DNA from: Actinomycetota bacterium
GTDB taxonomy: Bacteria > Actinomycetota > Actinomycetes > S36-B12
Reading direction: 5' to 3'
Length of the DNA stretch: 64,000 nt
NCBI GenBank assembly: GCA_003456155.1
Contig: DMPC01000164.1
Span: 1,378-65,377 of the forward strand
The first letter of the stretch is position 1; each line of letters starts with the position of its first letter. Shown one piece after another: positions 35,971-44,632 of this stretch. The position numbers and the translations under genes are program-made. Below the pieces are notes generated by a model. That model was not told the DNA's origin and searched no databases. It saw only the letters and a list, made by a program, of their open reading frames with translations.

Positions 35971-38047
35971 GGGGAGTCTCCATGTAGTAGTTGCCACTGG
36001 GCATCACGGTGATCGTGTGTCCGGGGTACAGGACGATCGTGGTGGTGGGCTCATGCACGATCGCCGGCCCGAGCAGCGAGTGCCCTACCGGCATGCTGGG
36101 ACCCCAGTAGACGGGGACAGGCACCAGATGGACCCCGTCAAAACTGGAATCCTGCACACGCAAAGGCTCAAGAACAGGCTGCCGCTCTGCGTCAGGCACT
36201 GAGCGTGACGGGTGCCGTAGGCGTGCGGTGGCGCGAGCCGTCCACGAGAGGATCTCCAGGGTCTGGTTCGGCTCACGCACTCCGAACATCCGTTCGTGAG
36301 TATCGTGAAATGTCTCCTCGATGAGGGCCACATCGCCATCGCTGAGTGCAGCATCGGGCAGGGGCACCGTGAGCTCCCAGGCCTGCTGTCGGTATCGAGC
36401 CTCAGCAGCGAACTGCACCTCCGTCTCAATGGCGAGCCCCGGGCTCAGTCCCGACAGAAAACGGTCAGCAGATTCGCTCACTTGCGCGAGGGCTGCGTTG
36501 GCTGCCCGACTGTCGAAGGCTGCGGTCTCCACGTAGGCCACGCAGGTGAACTCGTGGATGACATCCGCGAAGAGGGCGCCGCATGCGCTCATCGCTCCGG
36601 CCGTCTGTGGGATGAGCACTCCACGAGTACCGAGCTCCTCCGCGATCCGACCGATACTCATGCCGGAGCCTCCGCCTCCAGCGACGATGACCACCTCACG
36701 CGGGTCTATTCCGCGAGCAACCGTGGCCTCGCGCGACGACGCCGCAATGTTGTCGCATGCGATCGTCAGGGTGGCATGGGCCATCTGAAGGAGAGTCATG
36801 CCCAGGGCTTCGGAAAGGGGCGCGAAGGCTCTCTCTGCGGCATCACGGTCCAGGTGGAGGCTGCCCTCCATGAAGTTGCTCGAATCGAGGTAACCCAGGA
36901 GCAGAGCGGCGTCCGTGACAGTCGGCAGGGAGCCACCGCGCCCGTAGCAGGCAGGTCCCGGACTGCTCCCCGCACTCTGAGGCCCCACCTTGAGGAGCCC
37001 CCCGGAGTCGATCCAGGCGATGGACCCTCCCCCAGCCCCGATGCTCTTGACATCGACGGCTCGTGTTCCCGTGATGTTCCCGATCCATCGACCGCCAAGC
37101 CAAGTCTCGTTGGTGAACTCGATTTGCCCCGAGCGCACAATTCCGATGTCAAAGGTCGTTCCACCGGTGTCCGCGACGAGGAGGTCGAATTCCGCAGCAC
37201 CGCCCTCTAGATCGCGATTCGCCTCATGGACGGCACTGACGGGTGCCATCGAGGGACCCGATCCGATGGAGTACACCGGCCGTTCAGCAACGTCCTGCGG
37301 TGACCAAGAGCCCCCGTAGGACGTGGAGATGAAGAGGTTTCCCATGAAGCCCTCGCCACGAAGATCCTGCTCCAGACCTCTGATGAACTGCTGCATCAAG
37401 GGCTTCAGGGAGGCATCGATCACCGTGGCAGAGGCCCGTCTGTACTCGCGGACTACGGGATTGAGCTGGTGCGAGAGTGTGAAGGCCAAGTCTGGAGCAT
37501 GCTCTTCCATGAGTTGGCCCACCCGCAGTTCATGGGCAGAGTTGGCAATCGACCAGAGAAGGCAGACTCCGACAGCCTCCACTTCCTGCTCCTGAGCGGA
37601 CCTGATCGCAGTGATGACCGAGGCCTCGTCAAGGGGTCGGAAGACGGTGCCCTCCGCGTCCATGCGCTCATCGATCTCAAAGGTGAGGTGCCGAGGAACG
37701 TACGGCTGCCCGTAGGGAATCTGTCGGAAGGGATCGGGCTTTCCTCCCTCGCGCAGCAGGAGGACGTCCGGGAATCCCTTGGTCGTGAAGAATGCCGTCC
37801 TGCTCGCCTTGCCCTCCACGACGGCGTTCGTCGAGCGCGTGGTGCCGTAGTTGAATCGTGCCGCCTGCTCGAGAAGAGCCCCCCTGGAGGTGGACATGCG
37901 TCGGGCAATGGCGTCGAGTGCCTCTGCTATCGCGTCATAGGCGCGGTCACGAGACGTCAGCGCCTTGGCGATCTGGAGCTGCCCGCTCTCATCCGCCACG
38001 GCGACATCCGTGAAGGTCCCTCCCGTGTCGACAGAGATGGTGAGCAC
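35957..38047 (-). CDS. hyuA: Hydantoinase A/oxoprolinase-family subunit
   Basis: 696 aa. The N-terminus MLTISVDTGGTFTDV and a second ADTGGTTFDIG motif form the actin-like ATPase folds typical of HyuA. Confidence 0.85.
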   Translation of the reverse strand: MLTISVDTGGTFTDVAVADESGQLQIAKALTSRDRAYDAIAEALDAIARRMSTSRGALLEQAARFNYGTTRSTNAVVEGKASRTAFFTTKGFPDVLLLREGGKPDPFRQIPYGQPYVPRHLTFEIDERMDAEGTVFRPLDEASVITAIRSAQEQEVEAVGVCLLWSIANSAHELRVGQLMEEHAPDLAFTLSHQLNPVVREYRRASATVIDASLKPLMQQFIRGLEQDLRGEGFMGNLFISTSYGGSWSPQDVAERPVYSIGSGPSMAPVSAVHEANRDLEGGAAEFDLLVADTGGTTFDIGIVRSGQIEFTNETWLGGRWIGNITGTRAVDVKSIGAGGGSIAWIDSGGLLKVGPQSAGSSPGPACYGRGGSLPTVTDAALLLGYLDSSNFMEGSLHLDRDAAERAFAPLSEALGMTLLQMAHATLTIACDNIAASSREATVARGIDPREVVIVAGGGGSGMSIGRIAEELGTRGVLIPQTAGAMSACGALFADVIHEFTCVAYVETAAFDSRAANAALAQVSESADRFLSGLSPGLAIETEVQFAAEARYRQQAWELTVPLPDAALSDGDVALIEETFHDTHERMFGVREPNQTLEILSWTARATARLRHPSRSVPDAERQPVLEPLRVQDSSFDGVHLVPVPVYWGPSMPVGHSLLGPAIVHEPTTTIVLYPGHTITVMPSGNYYMETPHEHA

Positions 38048-38097
38048 GTCCTCATCACAGCATGCGGCAGCCGTCAGCCGGATGGAAAACCCATCAC

Positions 38098-38109
38098 ATT
38101 TTGAGACAC
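38098..38109 (+). promoter_or_regulatory. ATTTTGAGACAC box in the hyuA/SDR divergent region
   Basis: Read directly. ATTTTGAGACACTTCC differs at only two positions from the reverse complement of 26448-26463 (ATTTTGGGACACCTTCC). Confidence 0.3.
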
Positions 38110-38142
38110 TTCCGCCCGAATCGGTGGTGCCACAATCAGGCT

Positions 38143-38889
38143 GTGCCGAAGCGTAGGGTCCTCATCACGGGGGCCTCTCGCGGCATCGGAGCCGCCATCG
38201 CCAGGGCTTTCGCCCAGGAGGGTGACCGCGTCGCCATCCACTATTCCACGGCCAAGTCCGATGCGGAAGCCGTCCTGGAAGCCCTAGCGGGCGAGGGGCA
38301 CCTCGTGGTGGGGGCGGACCTGCGGCGCCGCGACGAGATCCAGGCGCTCATGGAGGCAATACAGCAGGAGTGGGGTGGCCTCGATGTTCTCGTCAACAAT
38401 GCCGGGATCGTTCATCGGGTCGACACTGCGTGTGAGGACGTGGCTGAGTGGTCCATGGCGTGGGATGACACGTTCGAGGTCAATGTCCTGGGCCCCGCGG
38501 TGCTCACATGGCATGCCCTACGCCTCATGGGTCCGGGAGGCCGGATCGTGAACATGGCATCCCGCGCAGCCTTTCGAGGGATGCCAGACAGCATTCCCTA
38601 CGCCGCCAGCAAGGCGGCCGTGGCGGCCATGTCGCAATCACTGGCGCAGTCGCTGGCGGAACGGGGTATCGCCGTCACGGCGGTGGCACCGGGCTACGTG
38701 GAAACCGACATGGGACGTCTCGTGCTCGACGGTGAGCAGGGCGAGGCTATTCGTCGGCAGAGTCCGTTCCATCGAGTCGCCACGAGCGAGGAGATCGCTC
38801 ACGCCATTCTCTATCTCGCGAGTCCGGCCGCCGAGTGGGCTTCAGGGGCCATCCTCGACCTCAATGGCGCCTCGCACCTGCGCATGTAG
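38143..38889 (+). CDS. SDR family oxidoreductase (divergent from the hyu operon)
   Basis: Track ORF 38062..38889. GTG at 38143 gives VPKRRVLITGASRGIGAAIA. Catalytic YAASKAAV. Confidence 0.8.
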   Translation: MPKRRVLITGASRGIGAAIARAFAQEGDRVAIHYSTAKSDAEAVLEALAGEGHLVVGADLRRRDEIQALMEAIQQEWGGLDVLVNNAGIVHRVDTACEDVAEWSMAWDDTFEVNVLGPAVLTWHALRLMGPGGRIVNMASRAAFRGMPDSIPYAASKAAVAAMSQSLAQSLAERGIAVTAVAPGYVETDMGRLVLDGEQGEAIRRQSPFHRVATSEEIAHAILYLASPAAEWASGAILDLNGASHLRM

Positions 38890-38952
38890 CCACCTGGGCG
38901 ACACAGCCGTTGCACGCCGCAAGGCCGGCGAATCTCAGACATCCGAGCGCCT

Positions 38953-39993
38953 TCAGGCAGGAGCACGGGCCTCTTCTCGCGGACGTGCCTCCTCCATCGA
39001 CGCCGTTCTCCTCCGGGCACGTGCGGAGAGAAGGCGGTACACCGACTCCCTGATGATCACGACGATCAGGATGACCAGTGACTGAACGATGAATTGAGTC
39101 GACGTCGGCCATCCCGCAGCAAGAACGATCTGGTTCAGTTGCGTGAGAAACAGGGCGGCGACACTGCTGGCGATCACGGAGGCGATTCCACCGCTGAGGG
39201 CAGTGCCTCCCAGAACCACAGCCGCAACAGAGGGTAGGAGGTAGGGGTCACCGATGAAGATGTTCGGAGTCTGTACGTAACCAGCAAGCAGAGCACCCGC
39301 AATTCCGTAGCATGCACCAGCAGCCGCATAGGCGAGGGTCTCGTAACGCACCACTCGAAGCCCGAGAACCTCCGCTGCCGGGGGGCTCACGCCCATCGCC
39401 GTCAAGCGCCATCCGACCGTCGTCTTCTTCGTGATGAAGGCAATGACCACGATCACGACAAGCGCGATGGCCAGGGTGTTCGGGATTCCGAGAGCGCGCT
39501 CGAGGGTGAACGACTTGAGCGCTTCGGTAGCACCATAAGGGGTGCCCTGCGTGATCCACAGAACAAAGCCGTAGAGGACAGCATTCATGGCCAGCGTCAC
39601 GATCAGCGAGGTGGCCTTGAGCCATGAGACCGTGATACCCGAGATGAGCCCAAAGGCCGCGGGAACCAGGACCGCAGCGAGCACACCCAGCCAGAGCCTG
39701 CTGTCGTCGTTGTTGGGGAGGGCTGTCACCAGAACAGCAGCCAAGGACATCATCCCGGGGACGGAGAGGTCGAATCCCCTCTGCTGAACCACCAGCGTCT
39801 GCCCGATGGCAACAAGCGCGAGCACGGCAGCGAACGGAAGCATGCCGTTGATGGCAGGCCACGATGTGCTCCCTGGAGCAAGGAGTGGACTGATGAGAAA
39901 GAGAGCCACCGTGGCTATCACGATGGAGGCGGTACTCCCGTAGAAGAGGCTCCAGATATTGAACCCGCGAGGGCGTCCAGCATTCTCGTCCAT
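38953..39993 (-). CDS. ABC transporter permease (RbsC type, second TMD of locus 2)
   Basis: 346 aa, polytopic. Motif QRGFDLSVPGMMSL. ATG lies 1 nt after the stop of the fused gene. Confidence 0.85.
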   Translation of the reverse strand: MDENAGRPRGFNIWSLFYGSTASIVIATVALFLISPLLAPGSTSWPAINGMLPFAAVLALVAIGQTLVVQQRGFDLSVPGMMSLAAVLVTALPNNDDSRLWLGVLAAVLVPAAFGLISGITVSWLKATSLIVTLAMNAVLYGFVLWITQGTPYGATEALKSFTLERALGIPNTLAIALVVIVVIAFITKKTTVGWRLTAMGVSPPAAEVLGLRVVRYETLAYAAAGACYGIAGALLAGYVQTPNIFIGDPYLLPSVAAVVLGGTALSGGIASVIASSVAALFLTQLNQIVLAAGWPTSTQFIVQSLVILIVVIIRESVYRLLSARARRRTASMEEARPREEARAPA

Positions 39994-39994
39994 G

Positions 39995-42478
39995 TCAGGC
40001 CTTCTTCCGTCGCGTAGCCGCGAACAGGACGGTGGAGCCCAGGAGGAGTATGCCCATGAGCCAGTACTGCCATGACTGTCCGAGCTGTAGGAACGTCGTC
40101 ACAGTCTGGACCTGAACGATGAGAAAGGCGCCGAAGAATGCACCGATGTACGAACCCCGGCCTCCCATGACTCTGGCTCCACCCAGGACGACAGCGGTGA
40201 TGCTGGCCAAGGTATACGTGATCCCCGAAGACGGATCTCCGATGCCCACCTGAGCCATTAGGAGAATGCCGGCCGGGATCACGAGGGCTGACGTGGCGAC
40301 GTAGGACCAGAACCGGACTCTTCCGACGCGAACTCCGATACGAGCAGCCGCCTCAGGGTTGGAGCCGATGGCCCGAAGTGCGAGGCCCGCGCGCGATCTT
40401 CTCAGGAGCACTTCCAAGCAGAGCATGCCGACGATCACCACGATGATGGCCACCGGGATTGGCCCGATCGTCGCGCTGATGATGTCGGTGACACGCTCAT
40501 CGATCGATCCCTCCGGCCGATCTCGCAGCGTGAGGGAAAGGCCTCTGAGCAGCATGAACATCGCGAGGGTCACGATCACCGCGTTGACATTCAGTCCTTG
40601 GATGATTCCGCCATTGATGGCTCCAACGGCGAGCCCCACGAGAATCACGAGCACGAAGCCGACCGCGATCCAGTAGGAAGCAACGCCTTCAATGATGTAG
40701 AACGATCCGACGACGAGCATGAAGCCGGATAAGGGACCGACGGAGAGGTCGAATCCACCCCCGAGCATTGCCGTCTGCTGGGCCATCGCTACCACCGCGA
40801 GAGGCGCGAGAAGCGCCAGAAGGCCCGTGAAGTTGCGAGCCGTCAGGTAGAACTCGTTCTGGGAGGCAACGTAGGCGCCCAGGGCCACAATGAGGAAGAC
40901 CAGAACGATTGACGCCGCGTAGTCACCTCGAAGCCAGGCAGGGATCTGAATCCGTCGACGCGTGGACGCCACCCTCTCGCGCACGGATGTGGATACAAGT
41001 GCTGCTGTCGTGATCGCTGTCTCGCTGATGTCATCGCCCGTGAGCTCACTCACGATTCGTCCCCGCGAAAAAATCACGACACGATCGCACAACCCTGCAA
41101 GTTCGAGGTTGTCAGACGACTTCACGACCACGGCAGCGCCATCATCGGCTGCCTGACGGATGATGTTGTAGATCTCCACCCTTGCTCCGGCATCGACGCC
41201 CTGAGTCGGTTCGTCAGCGATGATGACCGACTTCTGAGCGGATGTGCGCCCCATGAGAATCTTCTGCTGATTCCCACCCGAGAGCGATGAGACCGCGGTG
41301 GTCAGACTCGGGGTCTTGATGGCGAAGCGATCAACGGCCGTAGACGCCACGGTCCGCACTTGTCCTGCCCGCACAACTCCACCCGTGGCAGTAGCGGAGA
41401 TGTCTCCGAGAGCGAGGTTGTCGGCCACGCTGAGGGGCATGAAGACACCCTCGGCATGACGATCAGCAGGAATGAAGGCGAGCCCTGCCGATGCCAAGGC
41501 TGCTGCCGATCCACTGCGAACGGCATGGTCATTCACCCGAAGGCTTCCAGAGGACTCGCGAAGACCGCAGAGGGCCCTCAGGAATTCGTCCTGCCCCTCA
41601 CCCTGCACGCCGGCAATGCCGACAACCTCTCCGCTCCTCGCATGGAAGTCAACCGATCCGAAGCCCTCTCCACGGAAGTTCTTTACCTCGATCCCACCCC
41701 CTGTTATCGACGACTCATCGGCCTTCCGCGGGAAGACAGCATCAAGTTCCCGGCCGATAACCAGCGAGATGATCTGGTGCTCATCAACATCATCAGCTTG
41801 GAAGGTGCCTCGAACCTTGCCGTCTCGCAGCACGGTGATGCGATCGGCGATCGCCTTCACTTCATGGATGCGGTGCGAGATGTAGACGACGGATCCGCCA
41901 GCTGAGACGAGTTCACGTACCTTGGCAAAGAGACGCTCGGACTCCTCCAGATTGAGGTGCTCCGTTGGCTCATCCAGAATGAGAACGAGCGGCGCGGCAG
42001 CCAGCGCCCGGGTCATCTCGACGATCTGCTTCTGCTCGACAGTGAGATCCTCGACACGGGATGACGGATCCACGTTGAGTTCCCAGGGGTCGAGGCATTC
42101 CCGCGCCCATGCGCGGGCTCGCTTGGCGCTGGAGATCCAGCGCGTGCCCCGTGAGAGCTCCATGTTCTCCAGGACCGTCAACTGCGGGAGCAGGGCTGGA
42201 GTCTGGCGAACGATGGCAAGCCCATATGCCTGCGCCAGCATCGGATCAGCCGTCTCCAGCGTGTGTCCACAGATGACAACGGACCCTGTGTCTGGGGTGA
42301 GCGCCCCTGAAGCCACCGCCATCAGCGTGGACTTCCCGGCACCGTTCTCGCCTACCAGGGCGTGAACCTCGCCCCTGCGCACTTCGAGTGACACGTCGGA
42401 CAGAGCGCGAACGCCCGGGAACGACTTCGATACACCCTCAAGCGACAGGAGGAGCTCCCCAGACACAGGATCCGTCAT
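39995..42478 (-). CDS. Fused ABC importer component: NBD-NBD (CUT2 type) joined to an RbsC-type permease domain; paralog of 17711-20269
   Basis: Uninterrupted 827-aa ORF. Walker A GENGAGKST, NBD2 signature LSGGNQQKILMGR, Walker B VIIADEPTQGVD. C-terminal polytopic domain with LGGGFDLSVGPL. Confidence 0.85.
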   Translation of the reverse strand: MTDPVSGELLLSLEGVSKSFPGVRALSDVSLEVRRGEVHALVGENGAGKSTLMAVASGALTPDTGSVVICGHTLETADPMLAQAYGLAIVRQTPALLPQLTVLENMELSRGTRWISSAKRARAWARECLDPWELNVDPSSRVEDLTVEQKQIVEMTRALAAAPLVLILDEPTEHLNLEESERLFAKVRELVSAGGSVVYISHRIHEVKAIADRITVLRDGKVRGTFQADDVDEHQIISLVIGRELDAVFPRKADESSITGGGIEVKNFRGEGFGSVDFHARSGEVVGIAGVQGEGQDEFLRALCGLRESSGSLRVNDHAVRSGSAAALASAGLAFIPADRHAEGVFMPLSVADNLALGDISATATGGVVRAGQVRTVASTAVDRFAIKTPSLTTAVSSLSGGNQQKILMGRTSAQKSVIIADEPTQGVDAGARVEIYNIIRQAADDGAAVVVKSSDNLELAGLCDRVVIFSRGRIVSELTGDDISETAITTAALVSTSVRERVASTRRRIQIPAWLRGDYAASIVLVFLIVALGAYVASQNEFYLTARNFTGLLALLAPLAVVAMAQQTAMLGGGFDLSVGPLSGFMLVVGSFYIIEGVASYWIAVGFVLVILVGLAVGAINGGIIQGLNVNAVIVTLAMFMLLRGLSLTLRDRPEGSIDERVTDIISATIGPIPVAIIVVIVGMLCLEVLLRRSRAGLALRAIGSNPEAAARIGVRVGRVRFWSYVATSALVIPAGILLMAQVGIGDPSSGITYTLASITAVVLGGARVMGGRGSYIGAFFGAFLIVQVQTVTTFLQLGQSWQYWLMGILLLGSTVLFAATRRKKA

Positions 42479-42508
42479 CTCATACTTCCCTTCGTTTGCG
42501 CGGATCCC

Positions 42509-43735
42509 CTACTGGAACAGCACCGTCAGCTGTTCTGGGGTGAGCTGCGACGAGAGGATGGCGTCCGGAGGAAGGTCCTTGTTGCAGACCGGTGCCGGGG
42601 CATCCTGCTCCGTGGAGTCCTCGCTCAGGGGAAGGCTGATGATGGAGGGCTCAGGGTTGTCGATTCCCTGGAACTCCGCGACAGCGCGGCGAAGAGCCAA
42701 GCGAGAGATCCACGTCCGCGAGGAGATCGTCGCGATCTGGTAGTCGGGATTATCCGGACCCTTGTTCTCGTACCAGAGGCAGGCGAACTCGTTGGAGTCA
42801 TTAGCCGACCACGGTGGGATCGGCTTCCCCGCTGCCTGGAAGGCTCGGATGCCACCCACTGATCCGCCGCCGTAGTCAGACACGATTCCGTCGATCTCGC
42901 CGTACTTCGTGATGAGACCGGCCACCACCTTTTGAGTCTCGCCCGGCTCCCAGTTGGTCACCGCGAACCCTTCATCCCGGTTGAGGAGCGTCACACCCGG
43001 GTTGGCCTCCACCGCCTCAAGGACGCCGTCGAAGACGGCCTGGGAGTATCCGTTGCCGGCTGTACCACCGAGCATGACGAGATTGCCTTCCCCGCCCATC
43101 TGCTTGATGGTCCACTCGGCGAGGGACTTCCCGTAGGCCTTGACGTCCTCTGCCACGAAGCCTGCGTAGTCCTCACCGGGCGTGCCTCCGGGACCGGCCA
43201 CGTAGGGCACTACCGCGACGCCCGCCTCGGTCGCCGCCTTGACTGCAGGCAGGAGCGCCTCGGAGGCATCAGCGAACGTGATGATCACATTGGCGCCCTG
43301 AGCCACGAGGCCGTTCATGTCCGCGATGGCCTTCTGGGGATCAGCCTGACCGTCCGTGTAGAGCACCTTTGTGATGTTGGGGCACTTCGCTGCTTCGTCC
43401 TCAAACTCCGCGCGTGTGATCTTCCGCCAGGAGTTGCCTCCGAAGCCATCGGCAAGCGCCACGACCATCTCCTTGTCACCGCACAGGGAGGTGATGTCGG
43501 GGAGAAGGTCGGCCGTTGTGCCCGTCGTGGGCCCGGCCGCTGCAGCCTCCTCTGCGGGAGCCTCCTCTGCCGGGGCCTCCTCTGCGGGAGCCTCCTCCGC
43601 AGGAGCCTCCTCTGCCGGAGCCGCCGCCTCGGAGGACGCGCCGCCCTCGGAGTCTGCACTCGGTGTGGCGCAACTCGCGACGAGCAGTGCGCCAGCCGCG
43701 AGTGCCACCACCATTCCCTTCGTACTTGTCCTCAC
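42509..43735 (-). CDS. ABC transporter substrate-binding lipoprotein (PBP1 sugar-binding type) with an APAEE repeat linker
   Basis: 408 aa. Lipobox LLVASC, five APAEE units, then a binding fold with FGGNSWRK. Confidence 0.8.
   Translation of the reverse strand: MRTSTKGMVVALAAGALLVASCATPSADSEGGASSEAAAPAEEAPAEEAPAEEAPAEEAPAEEAAAAGPTTGTTADLLPDITSLCGDKEMVVALADGFGGNSWRKITRAEFEDEAAKCPNITKVLYTDGQADPQKAIADMNGLVAQGANVIITFADASEALLPAVKAATEAGVAVVPYVAGPGGTPGEDYAGFVAEDVKAYGKSLAEWTIKQMGGEGNLVMLGGTAGNGYSQAVFDGVLEAVEANPGVTLLNRDEGFAVTNWEPGETQKVVAGLITKYGEIDGIVSDYGGGSVGGIRAFQAAGKPIPPWSANDSNEFACLWYENKGPDNPDYQIATISSRTWISRLALRRAVAEFQGIDNPEPSIISLPLSEDSTEQDAPAPVCNKDLPPDAILSSQLTPEQLTVLFQ
43545..43622 (-). repeat. Five in-frame 15-nt tandem repeats (gcctcctc(t/c)gc(g/c/a)g(g/a)(a/g)(g/c)) encoding APAEE
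   Basis: Visible directly in the sequence. Located just after the lipobox of the SBP CDS. Confidence 0.85.
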
Positions 43736-43822
43736 TGGTACCTCCTGATAGTGCCCGGGTCGGAAGCCCGTCCCTCGGCGGTTGATGGTTCAGCCGTGCT
43801 CCCCCATGGGGCCACGGACGAT

Positions 43823-44548
43823 CTACTGAGCGAGGTAGCCACCGTCGATGACCAGCTCTGAGCCCGTGACGAACTTGGCCTCGTCAGATGCGAGGTACAA
43901 GCAGCCATAGGCGATCTCAACGGGGAGGCCTGCCCGCTTCATGGGCGTGGCGCTTACGACCCAGGCATTGATGTCAGGATCCTGCGACTGCGTCAGAGGC
44001 GTGTCGATGAAGCCGGGATGCACGGAGTTGCAGCGGATTCCCTGCTCCGCGAACGTGATCGCCACATTCTTGGACATGTTGCGAACTGCACCCTTGGTGG
44101 CGTGGTACGCGTGGGCTCCAGCGACAGCGACGTTGCCCCATATGGACGAGATGTTGATGATGGAGCCGCCACCCTGGTTGAGCATGTGCGGAATCACGGC
44201 CTTCATCCCCAGCCAGGTTCCGGTCTGGTTCACGGCCACAACCCGGTCCCACCCCTCCTGGGTGAGCTCGTGTACAGGTTCATAGACGATGATCCCGGCA
44301 TTGTTGACGAGCACGTCGACAGCGCCGAAGCGATCGACTGTCGACTCGACGACCCGACTCCAGGCAGCTGGATCGGAGACCTCAAGTTCCTCGAAGTGAA
44401 CAGGACCCCGGTAGGGGTCCCTCTGCTGGGGACCAGTGGCGACCACCGTCGCCCCATGGTCAGCGAACAACTGGGCGACGGCGTAGCCGATGCCGCGGGC
44501 CGCACCGGTCACGATCGCGACTTTGCCCTCCAGACGACTCATGCTCAT
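43823..44548 (-). CDS. SDR family oxidoreductase (first gene of the locus-2 transcription unit)
   Basis: 241 aa. Motifs VTGAARGIGYAVA, NNAG and catalytic YHATKGAV. Confidence 0.85.
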   Translation of the reverse strand: MSMSRLEGKVAIVTGAARGIGYAVAQLFADHGATVVATGPQQRDPYRGPVHFEELEVSDPAAWSRVVESTVDRFGAVDVLVNNAGIIVYEPVHELTQEGWDRVVAVNQTGTWLGMKAVIPHMLNQGGGSIINISSIWGNVAVAGAHAYHATKGAVRNMSKNVAITFAEQGIRCNSVHPGFIDTPLTQSQDPDINAWVVSATPMKRAGLPVEIAYGCLYLASDEAKFVTGSELVIDGGYLAQ

Positions 44549-44632
44549 CCCTTCGCATCAGACTCGGGGTCCATGACCCGTCGTGCACGTGGGGCAAGAA
44601 TGCTTCGGTTTGCCTTCGACCACGGTTCGCAC

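Noticed and set aside
43545-43622. Regular 15-nt repeats considered as a possible CRISPR-like or minisatellite array.
   Set aside because: The units are contiguous with no spacers and are in frame within SBP genes. They encode APAEE linker peptides, and no cas genes are present.
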